A stretch of DNA of 32,915 bases from a virus (lineage: Duplodnaviria > Heunggongvirae > Uroviricota > Caudoviricetes), in the IMG/VR virus record IMGVR_UViG_2526164631_000025, positions 1 through 32,915 of that record; one strand, written 5' to 3'. Of this stretch, positions 19,291 through 28,603 are shown piece by piece (position 1 is the stretch's first letter; every line of letters starts with the position of its first letter). The notes below the pieces were generated by a model that was not told where the DNA came from, ran no database searches, and saw nothing but the letters and a program-made list of their open reading frames with translations. Both the position numbers and the translations under genes were made by a program.

Positions 19291-19679
19291 AGCTCACCTG
19301 CGCGCTGTTTTTCAAGCACAGATTTAACATTTGGCGCTTTCCCTTTAAAAGAATGGAAAGTGCCACATTTTTCTGTTTTAACCTCGCGCAGAGCTTCGCC
19401 ATCGGCGTTCTGCCATTGATGGGATAATGTCATATCACCGCGAGAAGGAACATCCAGCGAGTACAGCGTGTAAGTTCCCCCCATCTCCGCATACTCCTGG
19501 AACACATAGCTCATTACGTCAGATTCAGTTTTTCGGTGTGCGTTATCAACCTTATTCCCATTCAGAAATATGGCATCTGGATAGATTTTTATATCAAACC
19601 TACCGCACTTAACTTGTAAATTTCCGGCGCTCGCGATCAAAGGGAAAGACGCCAGTAAAGCAATAGCCAATCTTTTCAA
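19287..19679 (-). CDS. secreted protein (130 aa) with signal peptide
   Basis: MKRLAIALLASFPLIASA signal peptide. Confidence 0.55.
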   Translation of the reverse strand: MKRLAIALLASFPLIASAGNLQVKCGRFDIKIYPDAIFLNGNKVDNAHRKTESDVMSYVFQEYAEMGGTYTLYSLDVPSRGDMTLSHQWQNADGEALREVKTEKCGTFHSFKGKAPNVKSVLEKQRAGEL

Positions 19680-19699
19680 TTCTGCCTCCGCTGCGTAAC

Positions 19700-20323
19700 T
19701 TATTGCCCGTATTTTTTACACCATTGCTCTGCCATTTGTTTGGCTAAAGGCCCGGCTACTGCACTGTATTCTGCTGTTTTACTTTGCACACATGAAGCAG
19801 ATGGTTTTTTATTTCGCTGCTCGGTTAGTTTGCGCTCATAAGCCATCATGCTATCGAACCCGGCAATATCACTTTGGCGAAGCATTCCCTTTTTAACCAA
19901 AAATTGCTGCCCCTCGGGCACCAGCGCAAGCATAAAAAGTGGTTGTAATAACTCACCTAATCCTTGCTGGCGATACACTTCGAATTGCTGCCATCCCTGA
20001 CTTAATCTGGAAAGAGTATCTTTGGTTGAATAACCTGTTTTTGTTATAGCTTTGTCCGTCAGATATGCTGTATATGCAAAAACGCAAAAGTCAGTTTTAC
20101 CAATAAACTGAGTTCCAACAGGCCGTAATGGAATGCCCTCTCTCTTGCAAAAGTCCATAATTGCCGCTTGTGAATGATCCCCACCAGCGTTATTCATAAC
20201 CTGCTGCCCTGCCCTGTATTGTGCAGGTAACGCAGTTGCATTGGCTGTATTAACAGATACGCATCCCAACATAGCCGCGAGCGCGGTCCCTAAAACCCTT
20301 AACTTCACTACACCGTCCTTCAT
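19700..20323 (-). CDS. secreted protein (207 aa) with signal peptide
   Basis: N-terminal hydrophobic signal-like region ...TALAAMLGCVSVNTANA; upstream gene of a two-gene minus-strand unit. Confidence 0.55.
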   Translation of the reverse strand: MKDGVVKLRVLGTALAAMLGCVSVNTANATALPAQYRAGQQVMNNAGGDHSQAAIMDFCKREGIPLRPVGTQFIGKTDFCVFAYTAYLTDKAITKTGYSTKDTLSRLSQGWQQFEVYRQQGLGELLQPLFMLALVPEGQQFLVKKGMLRQSDIAGFDSMMAYERKLTEQRNKKPSASCVQSKTAEYSAVAGPLAKQMAEQWCKKYGQ

Positions 20324-20540
20324 GTAAACAAAATGAAGTTTTATGTTACAAAAACAATCAACTACATCAACATGATTTAGGCCAAATTTCGGTCAAAAAA
20401 TAAAATCCACAAAAAGTGGTTGACACTATTTTGGAAATCACAAACTGCACATAATCCATCGCGCTAACGGCTCCCGTTGAAGGTTCTTTTGACGATTAAC
20501 TTTCAGCCGAAGCGCGGTAGGGAGTCATAACGCCAAAGCA

Positions 20541-20564
20541 GGCCGCCATGTGCGGCCTTTTTTT
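20541..20564 (+). terminator. rho-independent terminator/attenuator directly upstream of the 20592 gene
   Basis: GGCCGC-CATGT-GCGGCC hairpin followed by T7, 27 nt before the ATG. Confidence 0.55.
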
Positions 20565-20591
20565 GTATCCGTCATCCGTGGAGGAAGGACA

Positions 20592-21245
20592 ATGGAAAAG
20601 ATCGCAATATTCAGCCTGACCACCAGCAAGCCTCAAATGCTCACTGCAATACTGAAAGACGGTGCTCTCATTATTAACGAAGTAAAACCCCTTCCCGCGT
20701 CAGCATTGGAGCAAAAGCAAAAAATTCCTCCAGCCATAGCAGCCCTGCGGAAAAGCAAATTTAAGGTACTGGTAGACGAAATTACGCCAACGATCTCCGC
20801 TGGCACCGGAGCAAGCCAGGTGACTCTCAAGACCCGTCATGCCGATGGCAGAGCAGCAATCATCGTCGGGATGGAAAGATACAGAGAGTTAAAACTCCAG
20901 AAGCTATTATCCCTGCCGCAAAATAACAAAGGTGCTTTCGAAATCCCCGACTCTATCGTTGATACCGAATACAACGGTAACGGAGAAGAAGTCTACAGGG
21001 TGAACTGGCAGGATATCAGGCCGGAGCATATTCTGATGATCCTGTGTTGCTACGCGACCGTATACCACAACGTTGCCAGTGCGGATTACGTAGAGCAGAT
21101 GACCGGTACAGTCGAGAAAGAGCAAAAAACAGGCATACTCGCTTCGTTCCTTTCCATTATTGGGCATGAAAAAGTTAAAGCAGGCACCTCCCAGCCAAAG
21201 TCACTGGCTGGGAAAGAAGTTGATGAAGATACCGTGATACTTTGA
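20592..21245 (+). CDS. hypothetical protein (217 aa)
   Basis: GGAGGAAGG SD 5 nt before ATG; the ORF track start at 20550 lies inside the terminator. Confidence 0.6.
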   Translation: MEKIAIFSLTTSKPQMLTAILKDGALIINEVKPLPASALEQKQKIPPAIAALRKSKFKVLVDEITPTISAGTGASQVTLKTRHADGRAAIIVGMERYRELKLQKLLSLPQNNKGAFEIPDSIVDTEYNGNGEEVYRVNWQDIRPEHILMILCCYATVYHNVASADYVEQMTGTVEKEQKTGILASFLSIIGHEKVKAGTSQPKSLAGKEVDEDTVIL

Positions 21246-21374
21246 TCACATTAGTAGCTTTGTTAACTCCCTCAACACCAGGTAGAAGAGTAACAAAAAT
21301 ATTGATGCCAGTATTTGAGTGGTCAATGAGGCGTTCATAAACAGATCAATAAGCTTTAACAATTCTAGAATAAC

Positions 21375-21379
21375 ATCCA
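21375..21379. repeat. IS2 5-bp target site duplication ATCCA (left copy; right copy at 22711-22715)
   Basis: Identical ATCCA directly flanking both IS2 termini. Confidence 0.7.
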
Positions 21380-21470
21380 TAGACTGGCCCCCTGAATCTC
21401 CAGACAACCAGTATCACTTAAATAAGTGATAGTCTTAATACTAGTTTTTAGACTAGTCATTGGAGAACAG

Positions 21471-21836
21471 ATGATTGATGTCTTAGGGCCGGAGAAACGC
21501 AGACGGCGTACCACACAGGAAAAGATCGCAATTGTTCAGCAGAGCTTTGAACCGGGGATGACGGTCTCTCTCGTTGCCCGGCAACATGGTGTAGCAGCCA
21601 GCCAGTTATTTCTCTGGCGTAAGCAATACCAGGAAGGAAGTCTTACCGCTGTCGCCGCCGGAGAACAGGTTGTTCCTGCCTCTGAACTTGTTGCCGCCAT
21701 GAAGCAGATTAAAGAACTCCAGCGCCTGCTCGGCAAGAAAACGATGGAAAATGAACTCCTCAAAGAAGCCGTTGAATATGGACGGGCAAAAAAGTGGATA
21801 GCGCACGCGCCCTTATTGCCCGGGGATGGGGAGTAA
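21471..21836 (+). CDS. insC: IS2 transposase OrfA (InsC)
   Basis: 121 aa [41 protein letters not shown]... Confidence 0.95.
   Translation: MIDVLGPEKRRRRTTQEKIAIVQQSFEPGMTVSLVARQHGVAASQLFLWRKQYQEGSLTAVAAGEQVVPASELVAAMKQIKELQRLLGKKTMENELLKEAVEYGRAKKWIAHAPLLPGDGE
21788..21794 (+). promoter_or_regulatory. IS2 programmed -1 ribosomal frameshift heptamer A_AAA_AAG
   Basis: Heptamer in the insC frame at the insC/insD overlap. Confidence 0.8.
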
Positions 21837-22699
21837 GCTTAGTCAGCCGTTGTCTCCGGGTGTCGCGTGCGCAGTTGCACGTCATTCTCAGACGAACCGA
21901 TGACTGGATGGATAGCCGCCGCAGTCGTCACACTGATGATACGGATGTGCTTCTCCGTATACACCATGTTATCGGAGAGCTGCCCACGTATGGTTATCGT
22001 CGGGTATGGGCGCTGCTTCGCAGACAGGCAGAACTTGATGGTATGCCTGCGATCAATGCCAAACGTGTTTACCGGATCATGCGCCAGAATGCGCTGTTGC
22101 TTGAGCGAAAACCTGCTGTACCGCCATCGAAACGGGCACATACAGGCAGAGTGGCCGTGAAAGAAAGCAATCAGCGATGGTGCTCTGACGGGTTCGAGTT
22201 CTGCTGTGATAACGGAGAGAGACTGCGTGTCACGTTCGCGCTGGACTGCTGTGATCGTGAGGCACTGCACTGGGCGGTGACTACCGGCGGCTTCAACAGT
22301 GAAACAGTACAGGACGTCATGCTGGGAGCGGTGGAACGCCGCTTCGGCAACGATCTTCCGTCGTCTCCAGTGGAGTGGCTGACGGATAATGGTTCATGCT
22401 ACCGGGCTAATGAAACACGCCAGTTCGCCCGGATGTTGGGACTTGAACCGAAGAACACGGCGGTGCGGAGTCCGGAGAGTAACGGAATAGCAGAGAGCTT
22501 CGTGAAAACGATAAAGCGTGACTACATCAGTATCATGCCCAAACCAGACGGGTTAACGGCAGCAAAGAACCTTGCAGAGGCGTTCGAGCATTATAACGAA
22601 TGGCATCCGCATAGTGCGCTGGGTTATCGCTCGCCACGGGAATATCTGCGGCAGCGGGCTTGTAATGGGTTAAGTGATAACAGATGTCTGGAAATATAG
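21794..22699 (+). CDS. insD: IS2 transposase OrfB (InsD, DDE integrase core; expressed as an InsCD fusion)
   Basis: 301-aa frame matching IS2 InsD as recalled. Confidence 0.9.
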   Translation: MDSARALIARGWGVSLVSRCLRVSRAQLHVILRRTDDWMDSRRSRHTDDTDVLLRIHHVIGELPTYGYRRVWALLRRQAELDGMPAINAKRVYRIMRQNALLLERKPAVPPSKRAHTGRVAVKESNQRWCSDGFEFCCDNGERLRVTFALDCCDREALHWAVTTGGFNSETVQDVMLGAVERRFGNDLPSSPVEWLTDNGSCYRANETRQFARMLGLEPKNTAVRSPESNGIAESFVKTIKRDYISIMPKPDGLTAAKNLAEAFEHYNEWHPHSALGYRSPREYLRQRACNGLSDNRCLEI

Positions 22700-22909
22700 G
22701 GGCAAATCCAATCCATGTCATTCACTCCGTTTAATTTTTAATCTAATTCCAGCAAATGAAGCTGGCCCTCGCATAAAGATTAATGAAAGTCACTTGTCAC
22801 CAGTGAGGGGATTTATGAACCACATCCCCCTGAACTGGTGGCCTGTCTGTTTCTCGCATTTCACACCCTGCATACAGTTTCCCCCAGGTTATGACTGAGG
22901 GGCTTTGTT

Positions 22910-23239
22910 ATGGGCTATAGCAGACTCGACGATAGGTACATTGAAGACGATATTTTTCGTGCGCTGTTTCACCAGGAAATGATTAAGCGGGTATCGGAGT
23001 ATCACTCTGATAATTTCCAGTACACGATAAAGATTGATGAAGTATATCGTTCAGACCTTGCAGCCTACCGGGCGTATGGCAATGCAGATTTGCGCTGGGT
23101 ATTCCGGGTGCTGGTGGGCCATGAGTCAGAAATGGAAGAAATGCCCGCCGGGACCACGTTAACTCTTCCTGATGTGGCATGGCTGAGGAACAAGATCCGT
23201 GATTACGCGAGCGCGGAACCGGAGATAGAAAATGCCTGA
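22910..23239 (+). CDS. hypothetical protein (109 aa)
   Basis: GAGGGG SD; overlaps the start of the downstream gene. Confidence 0.5.
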   Translation: MGYSRLDDRYIEDDIFRALFHQEMIKRVSEYHSDNFQYTIKIDEVYRSDLAAYRAYGNADLRWVFRVLVGHESEMEEMPAGTTLTLPDVAWLRNKIRDYASAEPEIENA

Positions 23240-24428
23240 TTTCCTGAAAAACCAGGACGGGCGCTATATCACTGACGGCCTGTCCTCTAAGGACTTCACG
23301 CGTTTATTCGACCTTATCAGGAAAGAACAAACCCGTAAGCGCCGACAAGCTCACCGGACGCTGACGCCAGGTAGACTGAGGAACAAATCCGCCGAAGATA
23401 TTCTCAAGTTAGGGAAGAAAAAAGGCGGCACGTTCTTCACGCGAGACGACCTGAAAGGTTTCGAAAAGCTACGGAGTAAAACACGCGAAAAATATGACAG
23501 CAAGACGGCTGGCATCACATACGCCCAGCTGGTGGCATCCAGCCAGGCAATCGATATTAAGCGTGCAAATAACGCCGTGGATGACGGATCTGGTATCAAA
23601 AGAGCTACACCCGTATCTCTTCGCCACAACGTGATTAATATCCGCGTAGAAGCATCGGATATATCCGTCCACCAGCACCATATCGTCCGGATACGCTTTG
23701 AAGAATGGGATCAGATGGTCGATGACATCGCAGAAGACGATAAATCAGCTCTGAAAATCACTAAATCACTGTGCGCTGGGCGGGTGTCTTTCGATTGTGA
23801 CTGTGGTCGTCATCAATACTGGTATCGTTACATCGCTACTGCAGGTAACTTTGCCCTGGCCCCGCCAAAAGAATACGCCTATCCAAAAGTTCGTAACCCT
23901 AAGCTACAAGGCGTCGCCTGTAAACACGTGATCCACTCAATGACGCGGTTACAGTCCGCCAGTTGGCAAATGAGTATTGCTCGTGCGTTACAAAAGGCCG
24001 CAACGCAAATTGCATTTGGTGACGATCGCCGCCGTACAACCAAACACTTCTCAAAAGAAGACGAGAGGGAGTTTAATCGCAATCGCAACAGTAAAACAAA
24101 CGTTGACGCTGCCAAGCGCGAATGGAGGCTCTATCAGAAGCGCCAGGCCGCTTTAAGCACAAAACTGGCAAAGGACAACGGCAAAATTGACAAGCTACGT
24201 GACCAATTGACCAAAGCCAGAAAGTTGTCAGACGCACAGAAAAAACGGGCGGCAGCAAAAGAAGCGGCCTTGCAACGTGAGAAACAGAAAAACAAGGAGC
24301 TTCAGCAACGCCTTGCCGATCAGTTCGCACTGAAGAAGCAGGCGTTCATTGATGCGCTTGTCATGGCAGGAACGTCACCTGAGCAGGCTGAAAAAATGTT
24401 CATGGAGTATGTGAAGAAAGGTTCTTGA
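23232..24428 (+). CDS. hypothetical protein (398 aa) with SWIM-type zinc-finger-like motif and K/R-rich coiled-coil tail
   Basis: CDCGRHQY...GVACKHV (CxC...CxH) motif; C-terminal 130 aa Lys/Ala/Gln-rich. Confidence 0.55.
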   Translation: MPDFLKNQDGRYITDGLSSKDFTRLFDLIRKEQTRKRRQAHRTLTPGRLRNKSAEDILKLGKKKGGTFFTRDDLKGFEKLRSKTREKYDSKTAGITYAQLVASSQAIDIKRANNAVDDGSGIKRATPVSLRHNVINIRVEASDISVHQHHIVRIRFEEWDQMVDDIAEDDKSALKITKSLCAGRVSFDCDCGRHQYWYRYIATAGNFALAPPKEYAYPKVRNPKLQGVACKHVIHSMTRLQSASWQMSIARALQKAATQIAFGDDRRRTTKHFSKEDEREFNRNRNSKTNVDAAKREWRLYQKRQAALSTKLAKDNGKIDKLRDQLTKARKLSDAQKKRAAAKEAALQREKQKNKELQQRLADQFALKKQAFIDALVMAGTSPEQAEKMFMEYVKKGS

Positions 24429-24434
24429 TTGATA

Positions 24435-24460
24435 ACATAGGCGGTTATCCCGCCTATGTT
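24435..24460. terminator. bidirectional terminator hairpin
   Basis: ACATAGGCGG-TTATC-CCGCCTATGT inverted repeat between convergent genes. Confidence 0.5.
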
Positions 24461-24461
24461 A

Positions 24462-25192
24462 TTACTTATCATTTAAGATAGATTGATGTTCGTATATTCT
24501 TTTTACATCATCTACCAATTTATTAATACCGTATAAACCTGTATCTTTATAAAAATCAGTTTGTTCGACTGCCTTTAGTAAATCAGCAAAATCCTCTTGG
24601 GTGGAAATGCTTTCGCCTTTGGTTTCATATATATCAACTATTGCCTTTATCCCATAAAACAGGGATATTCTAGCGTCCTCAACTTCTTTCTTTTCACCTT
24701 CAATTTTAGCCAATGATTTACGTTGATCTTCTATTTTCTTTTCTAGACTTAAACGCTCATCTTTTTTTGTTCTATTTCTTTCTGTAACTCATCTAATCTT
24801 GCTTGCTCTTTTGAGTCAAATTCACGGTCAATATGTCTTATTTGCGCATAATTTCTACCAGTTAGTTTTGATATACGCATAGTAATATAAGGCATTACTA
24901 TGGACGCAACAGTGCCATATATAAACGGCATAACAAAGTGAGCTAAAAACGGAGGTACAATGAAGGTTCCCAAATAAGGGACTTGATATTTGTCACCAAT
25001 CCATACTATAGATAGTGTTGTGTATATATCATATTTTGATTTAAACAAAATCAATATTTCTTGCCAGTTAGAAATTAAAAATGAAATAAAAATATAGGCA
25101 AAAACCTTATTAAACAACTTATCTTTTACAGCGTCTTCTAACAGATTTTTGGTAGAGGGGTTTTCCTTTTCTATTGATGAATCAGCGCTCAT
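24462..25192 (-). pseudogene. AT-rich membrane/coiled-coil protein in two frames joined at an A_AAA_AAG heptamer (T7 on plus strand 24762-24768)
   Basis: Upstream frame (24749-25192, 147 aa) has 2-3 hydrophobic helices and stops 3 codons after the heptamer; the -1 frame continues into 24462-24713; one extra A or a -1 slip gives about 243 aa; rough GC estimate about 33%. Confidence 0.5.
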
Positions 25193-25224
25193 ATAATTAC
25201 CAAATATTTAAACATTGATTTTAT

Positions 25225-25247
25225 GTAAAAGCGGTCATCCAGACCGC
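25225..25247 (-). terminator. terminator after higA
   Basis: GCGGTC-loop-GACCGC hairpin followed by TTTT on the minus strand. Confidence 0.5.
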
Positions 25248-25252
25248 AAAAC

Positions 25253-25612
25253 TTAAACACCAACCAGACTTTCCAGTGGAATACCAAACTGGGCATGTAA
25301 ACGACGAATCATAGGTAACGTCAAATTTCGTGTCCCATTAAGCACTTCGTAAACACGGTTTGACTTACCAATTGCCGGTTCCAGATCCTTCACGGTCAGC
25401 CCTTGCTGTTCCATGCGGAATTTAATGGCTTCAATAGGTGATGGTGGCTCAATTGGGTAATGTTTTTTCTCGTACTCCTCAATGAGAAGACACATGACCT
25501 CAAAGAAATCACCTTCCGGGGTGTTCATTTCCGGTTCGTTATCGAACATCGGTTCGACCGCACGCAGTGCGGCCTCATAATCTTGTTCTGTACGGATAGG
25601 TTTAATGTTCAT
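25253..25612 (-). CDS. higA: HigA-family antitoxin (HTH)
   Basis: 119 aa with C-terminal HTH; 3 nt downstream of the higB-like toxin gene (toxin-first order typical of higBA). Confidence 0.7.
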   Translation of the reverse strand: MNIKPIRTEQDYEAALRAVEPMFDNEPEMNTPEGDFFEVMCLLIEEYEKKHYPIEPPSPIEAIKFRMEQQGLTVKDLEPAIGKSNRVYEVLNGTRNLTLPMIRRLHAQFGIPLESLVGV

Positions 25613-25615
25613 GAT

Positions 25616-25918
25616 TTACTCCAGTTCTATTGTATCCGCGTCAATGGCATCGTATTCCTTGTGTGTTCCAATAAACTTAACGAACATCCATCCTCGCTGA
25701 TAAGCAATTGCGACAATTAACCTGTAATCATTTCCCTTAATATTGAACACCACGCGCCTGTTTTTAAGGATGCTGGCTGTCCGGTACTGTTCTTTGATCT
25801 CAGCCGGATTTTTCCAGTCAGCCTTTGTTGCTTCATCAACCCATGCCTTTAAAGGCTGTTCTGCATCGGGATTCTTCGCCCAAAAATCCCTTAGTGTTTT
25901 TACCGAAATTATTTTCAT
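25616..25918 (-). CDS. higB: HigB-family toxin (RelE/ParE superfamily mRNA interferase)
   Basis: About 100 aa from MKIISVKTL with GAAGGA SD; VFNIKGNDYRL and C-terminal THKEYD motifs resemble E. coli HigB as recalled. Confidence 0.75.
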   Translation of the reverse strand: MKIISVKTLRDFWAKNPDAEQPLKAWVDEATKADWKNPAEIKEQYRTASILKNRRVVFNIKGNDYRLIVAIAYQRGWMFVKFIGTHKEYDAIDADTIELE

Positions 25919-26063
25919 CACAGATTCCTTCTCACTGAAAGTATAGTAGTCCCAATATGGGACAATGTAAAGCACTTTAGTCCCATGCTGGGATATGAAT
26001 TGAAATCACAATCTCCAGACAATGCACCCTCGATACCTGATAAATCGACCTTTGAGGATGCTT

Positions 26064-26855
26064 ATGGGCCGTTTTGACGAATGGTTTGCTGACGATGCAA
26101 ACCTGGCAAGTAAGGAGTCAGAACATGACAGCACGCAGAGAGAAACGCCAGCGACGGTTGAAGCGGATGCAGGAAGCGCGCCGGAACATGGCAATGCCGG
26201 ACCGGATTCATTCAGCATTCTGGAAGAGCAATCCACCGCCGAAGCTGATAGCCATGATAATTTTGCTGATAGCAACGGTGGCCTTACTCCGGACGCTGGC
26301 GAATCAGATATAGCCATACTTCCACCTTCCTTGGCTGGCAGAGAACCGACGCCACAGCTAAAAGCACGCTATAACGGGCATAAAGCCTTTAACGACCAAA
26401 TCCGCGCAGACTGGATGCTGATTATTGAATCCAGCCCAGACGCGTTTCAGGCTCTCTTATATCGACCAGATGTTGGCACATATGGGGTAGTCAGCGACGA
26501 AACAGGAGAAGAGTCATTCACTGAACTGGATAACAACCAACGCGAACTGACTTACCAGGAACCTGAAATCGTTTATGTGCTGGATAACCCTGACGGGCGT
26601 GACTCTTTCCATGCGATTGACGCAGACGGTGAGCAGGATGGCTTAACCGATGATGTTCTGATTCTGCGTATTGCAGCAAATAACGTCCCCGTCGGATCAA
26701 TTCTTGAATGGAATGAAGAGATGGTAAACGGCGTAGCCCGCCGCTGGTGGTACGTGCACCGTATTTTTAGCTACGGCACACAACATGTTGGTTCGCTTTA
26801 CTACTGCATACCTGCCAGAAATTTTGATACGACTCAAAACGGAGTGATCGAATGA
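26064..26855 (+). CDS. hypothetical protein (263 aa) with strongly acidic low-complexity N-terminal half
   Basis: GAGGA SD 5 nt before ATG; first of four overlap-coupled genes. Confidence 0.6.
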   Translation: MGRFDEWFADDANLASKESEHDSTQRETPATVEADAGSAPEHGNAGPDSFSILEEQSTAEADSHDNFADSNGGLTPDAGESDIAILPPSLAGREPTPQLKARYNGHKAFNDQIRADWMLIIESSPDAFQALLYRPDVGTYGVVSDETGEESFTELDNNQRELTYQEPEIVYVLDNPDGRDSFHAIDADGEQDGLTDDVLILRIAANNVPVGSILEWNEEMVNGVARRWWYVHRIFSYGTQHVGSLYYCIPARNFDTTQNGVIE

Positions 26856-27619
26856 CTTCAAATAAAACCCTCCTGGCGCGAACAGGTGAATGGCAAACCT
26901 CACGCACAGGGAAATTCCAGACCACGGGCTTTGAAAACGTGGATAACGCGTTTGCTACGCTAATCAGCAATATCTTTTCTGATATCTTACTGGTGGCCCC
27001 CGCGCCGGAAGAAAAACGCTTTGCGTCATTCCTGAATCGTCCACCAGCAGAGCGTGTCTATGTGGCCCGTTTCGACAATGCGATCGAGTTTCTTAAAGCA
27101 GTTCGTCGCGCAAATGCCGGGCAAGGGAGAAAACCTGAAAACCAGAACATTAACCGGGATGCTCTCCCCCTGGTCAATATCTCACGCACTATGGATATCA
27201 ATTATATCAACGATGATCAGCAGATTGACCGCAAAAAAGTAGCCAGTTTTTGCGAACCGGATACCGGAATGCCTTTAGCAGAACTGGAATACACCCAGGC
27301 CATTCTGACGTATGACGTTACGTTAATGGCAACTGATAAAGCGACCATGAGTCTGATGTGTAATTCGCTGGGCGCACGGCTTCGCCTGATGACAGGTACA
27401 CAATTTGAAGCAACCACTCACCTTGTTCGTGTCCCGGTCCCGCTGATTTGCTCGATACAGGATGCCAAAGAAGTCGGCTTTACGGATGTTTCAGCACCAA
27501 TTGGAGAAGAGCGTATTTATGCCACACAAGCGCCGATAAGTGTGATTACAGACGTGATCACAGCATGGGAGTTGGACGCAAAACGTATTATTACCGAAAC
27601 CTCGATATCTATGGGGTGA
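26852..27619 (+). CDS. hypothetical protein (255 aa)
   Basis: ATGA overlap with the upstream stop; GGAG SD. Confidence 0.6.
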   Translation: MTSNKTLLARTGEWQTSRTGKFQTTGFENVDNAFATLISNIFSDILLVAPAPEEKRFASFLNRPPAERVYVARFDNAIEFLKAVRRANAGQGRKPENQNINRDALPLVNISRTMDINYINDDQQIDRKKVASFCEPDTGMPLAELEYTQAILTYDVTLMATDKATMSLMCNSLGARLRLMTGTQFEATTHLVRVPVPLICSIQDAKEVGFTDVSAPIGEERIYATQAPISVITDVITAWELDAKRIITETSISMG

Positions 27620-27622
27620 TAA

Positions 27623-28603
27623 GTGGCCCAGGAGTTACAACAATATTTTCTACAGTCAGTGCTCATTAACGATAACAAAGTGCCTCGAGACTGGATTTTT
27701 ACCGCAGTATATGTAGAAAAAACCAGCCTCAAAGCCCCTTTGCTAAAACTGGAAATTCATGACGCTACCGGCACCGTAATTGATGACTGGAAAGCCAAAT
27801 ACGGTGCATCGCTGGTGGCTGAAATGGGCGATCCAAACGGTAATGCAGGCACTTTTAAAACAGATTTCTTTGTTACGTCTGCAATGCTGGCTGGTGATGT
27901 TGTTACCGTTATTGCTGTCAGTGAAGACGTGCGCAGGTTTAAGATCCCCTCCCCGCGCACAAATTTACATACCAACAAAACACCAGACGCTATATTCAAG
28001 GCATATTCCGGCAAGCTTAAAATTACCAGCAGCGTGCTAAAACGCGCAGTTACATATCATCTGAATGCCGGTGACAAACCGTCAAAAATGCTTTCGGAGA
28101 TAGCGCGAGACAAAGGTGCATTATGTTGGGTATGCCGGGGGGAATTTAACTTTTACACCCTGGCTGATCTGATGAAGCAAACGCCATCATTTACCTACGA
28201 GGGGAATAACCCTAAAGCAGAATACACTTTGTCCAAAATGCGCCTACTCCAACAGGAACATGCGACAACAGCAAAGAATCAATATCGTTTTGTTGGGTAT
28301 TCCATGACCGATGGCTACGTCGAATATGGCGATAGCTCACTCCCAGTGCGTTATATATCCGACTCTGATATGGAAACTCTTCGCAATATGCAGCTGTCTC
28401 TCGTCCCCAAAATGGATATAGAAGTCGCAGGCAATCCTGATATAAAACCGGGGATGGTAATAGAGATTATCGTATACCGCTATGACCAGGAAAACCGCAT
28501 TGATGAATCAATGCCCCGTAAGCTGATAGTAAAAAATGTTGCGCACTTTGAGGACCGCGTAGGCTACACAACACGAATGATATTAGGAGTGCCGAACAAA
28601 TGA
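27623..28603 (+). CDS. hypothetical protein (326 aa), possibly baseplate-hub-like
   Basis: GTG start 3 nt after the upstream stop; size and position before the spike-like gene suggest, but do not establish, a hub role. Confidence 0.5.
   Translation: MAQELQQYFLQSVLINDNKVPRDWIFTAVYVEKTSLKAPLLKLEIHDATGTVIDDWKAKYGASLVAEMGDPNGNAGTFKTDFFVTSAMLAGDVVTVIAVSEDVRRFKIPSPRTNLHTNKTPDAIFKAYSGKLKITSSVLKRAVTYHLNAGDKPSKMLSEIARDKGALCWVCRGEFNFYTLADLMKQTPSFTYEGNNPKAEYTLSKMRLLQQEHATTAKNQYRFVGYSMTDGYVEYGDSSLPVRYISDSDMETLRNMQLSLVPKMDIEVAGNPDIKPGMVIEIIVYRYDQENRIDESMPRKLIVKNVAHFEDRVGYTTRMILGVPNK

Larger units (their letters stand above)
21380..22710 (+). mobile_element. IS2 (IS3 family), 1331 bp, intact
   Basis: Left end TAGACTGGCCCCCTGAATCTCCAGACAACC, right end ...ATATAGGGGCAAATCCA; InsC/InsD proteins match IS2 as recalled. 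Confidence 0.95.

Noticed and set aside
20420-20455. A sigma70 promoter from TTGACA (20420-20425) to CATAAT (20450-20455)
   Set aside because: The spacing is 24 nt, too long for a canonical promoter; kept only as a loose hint for the leader transcript.
24762-24768. Confident call of a programmed -1 ribosomal frameshift at A_AAA_AAG in the AT-rich membrane gene
   Set aside because: Not rejected as a possibility, but not asserted: two other frames in the window also need exactly one added base, so a homopolymer assembly error is at least as likely.
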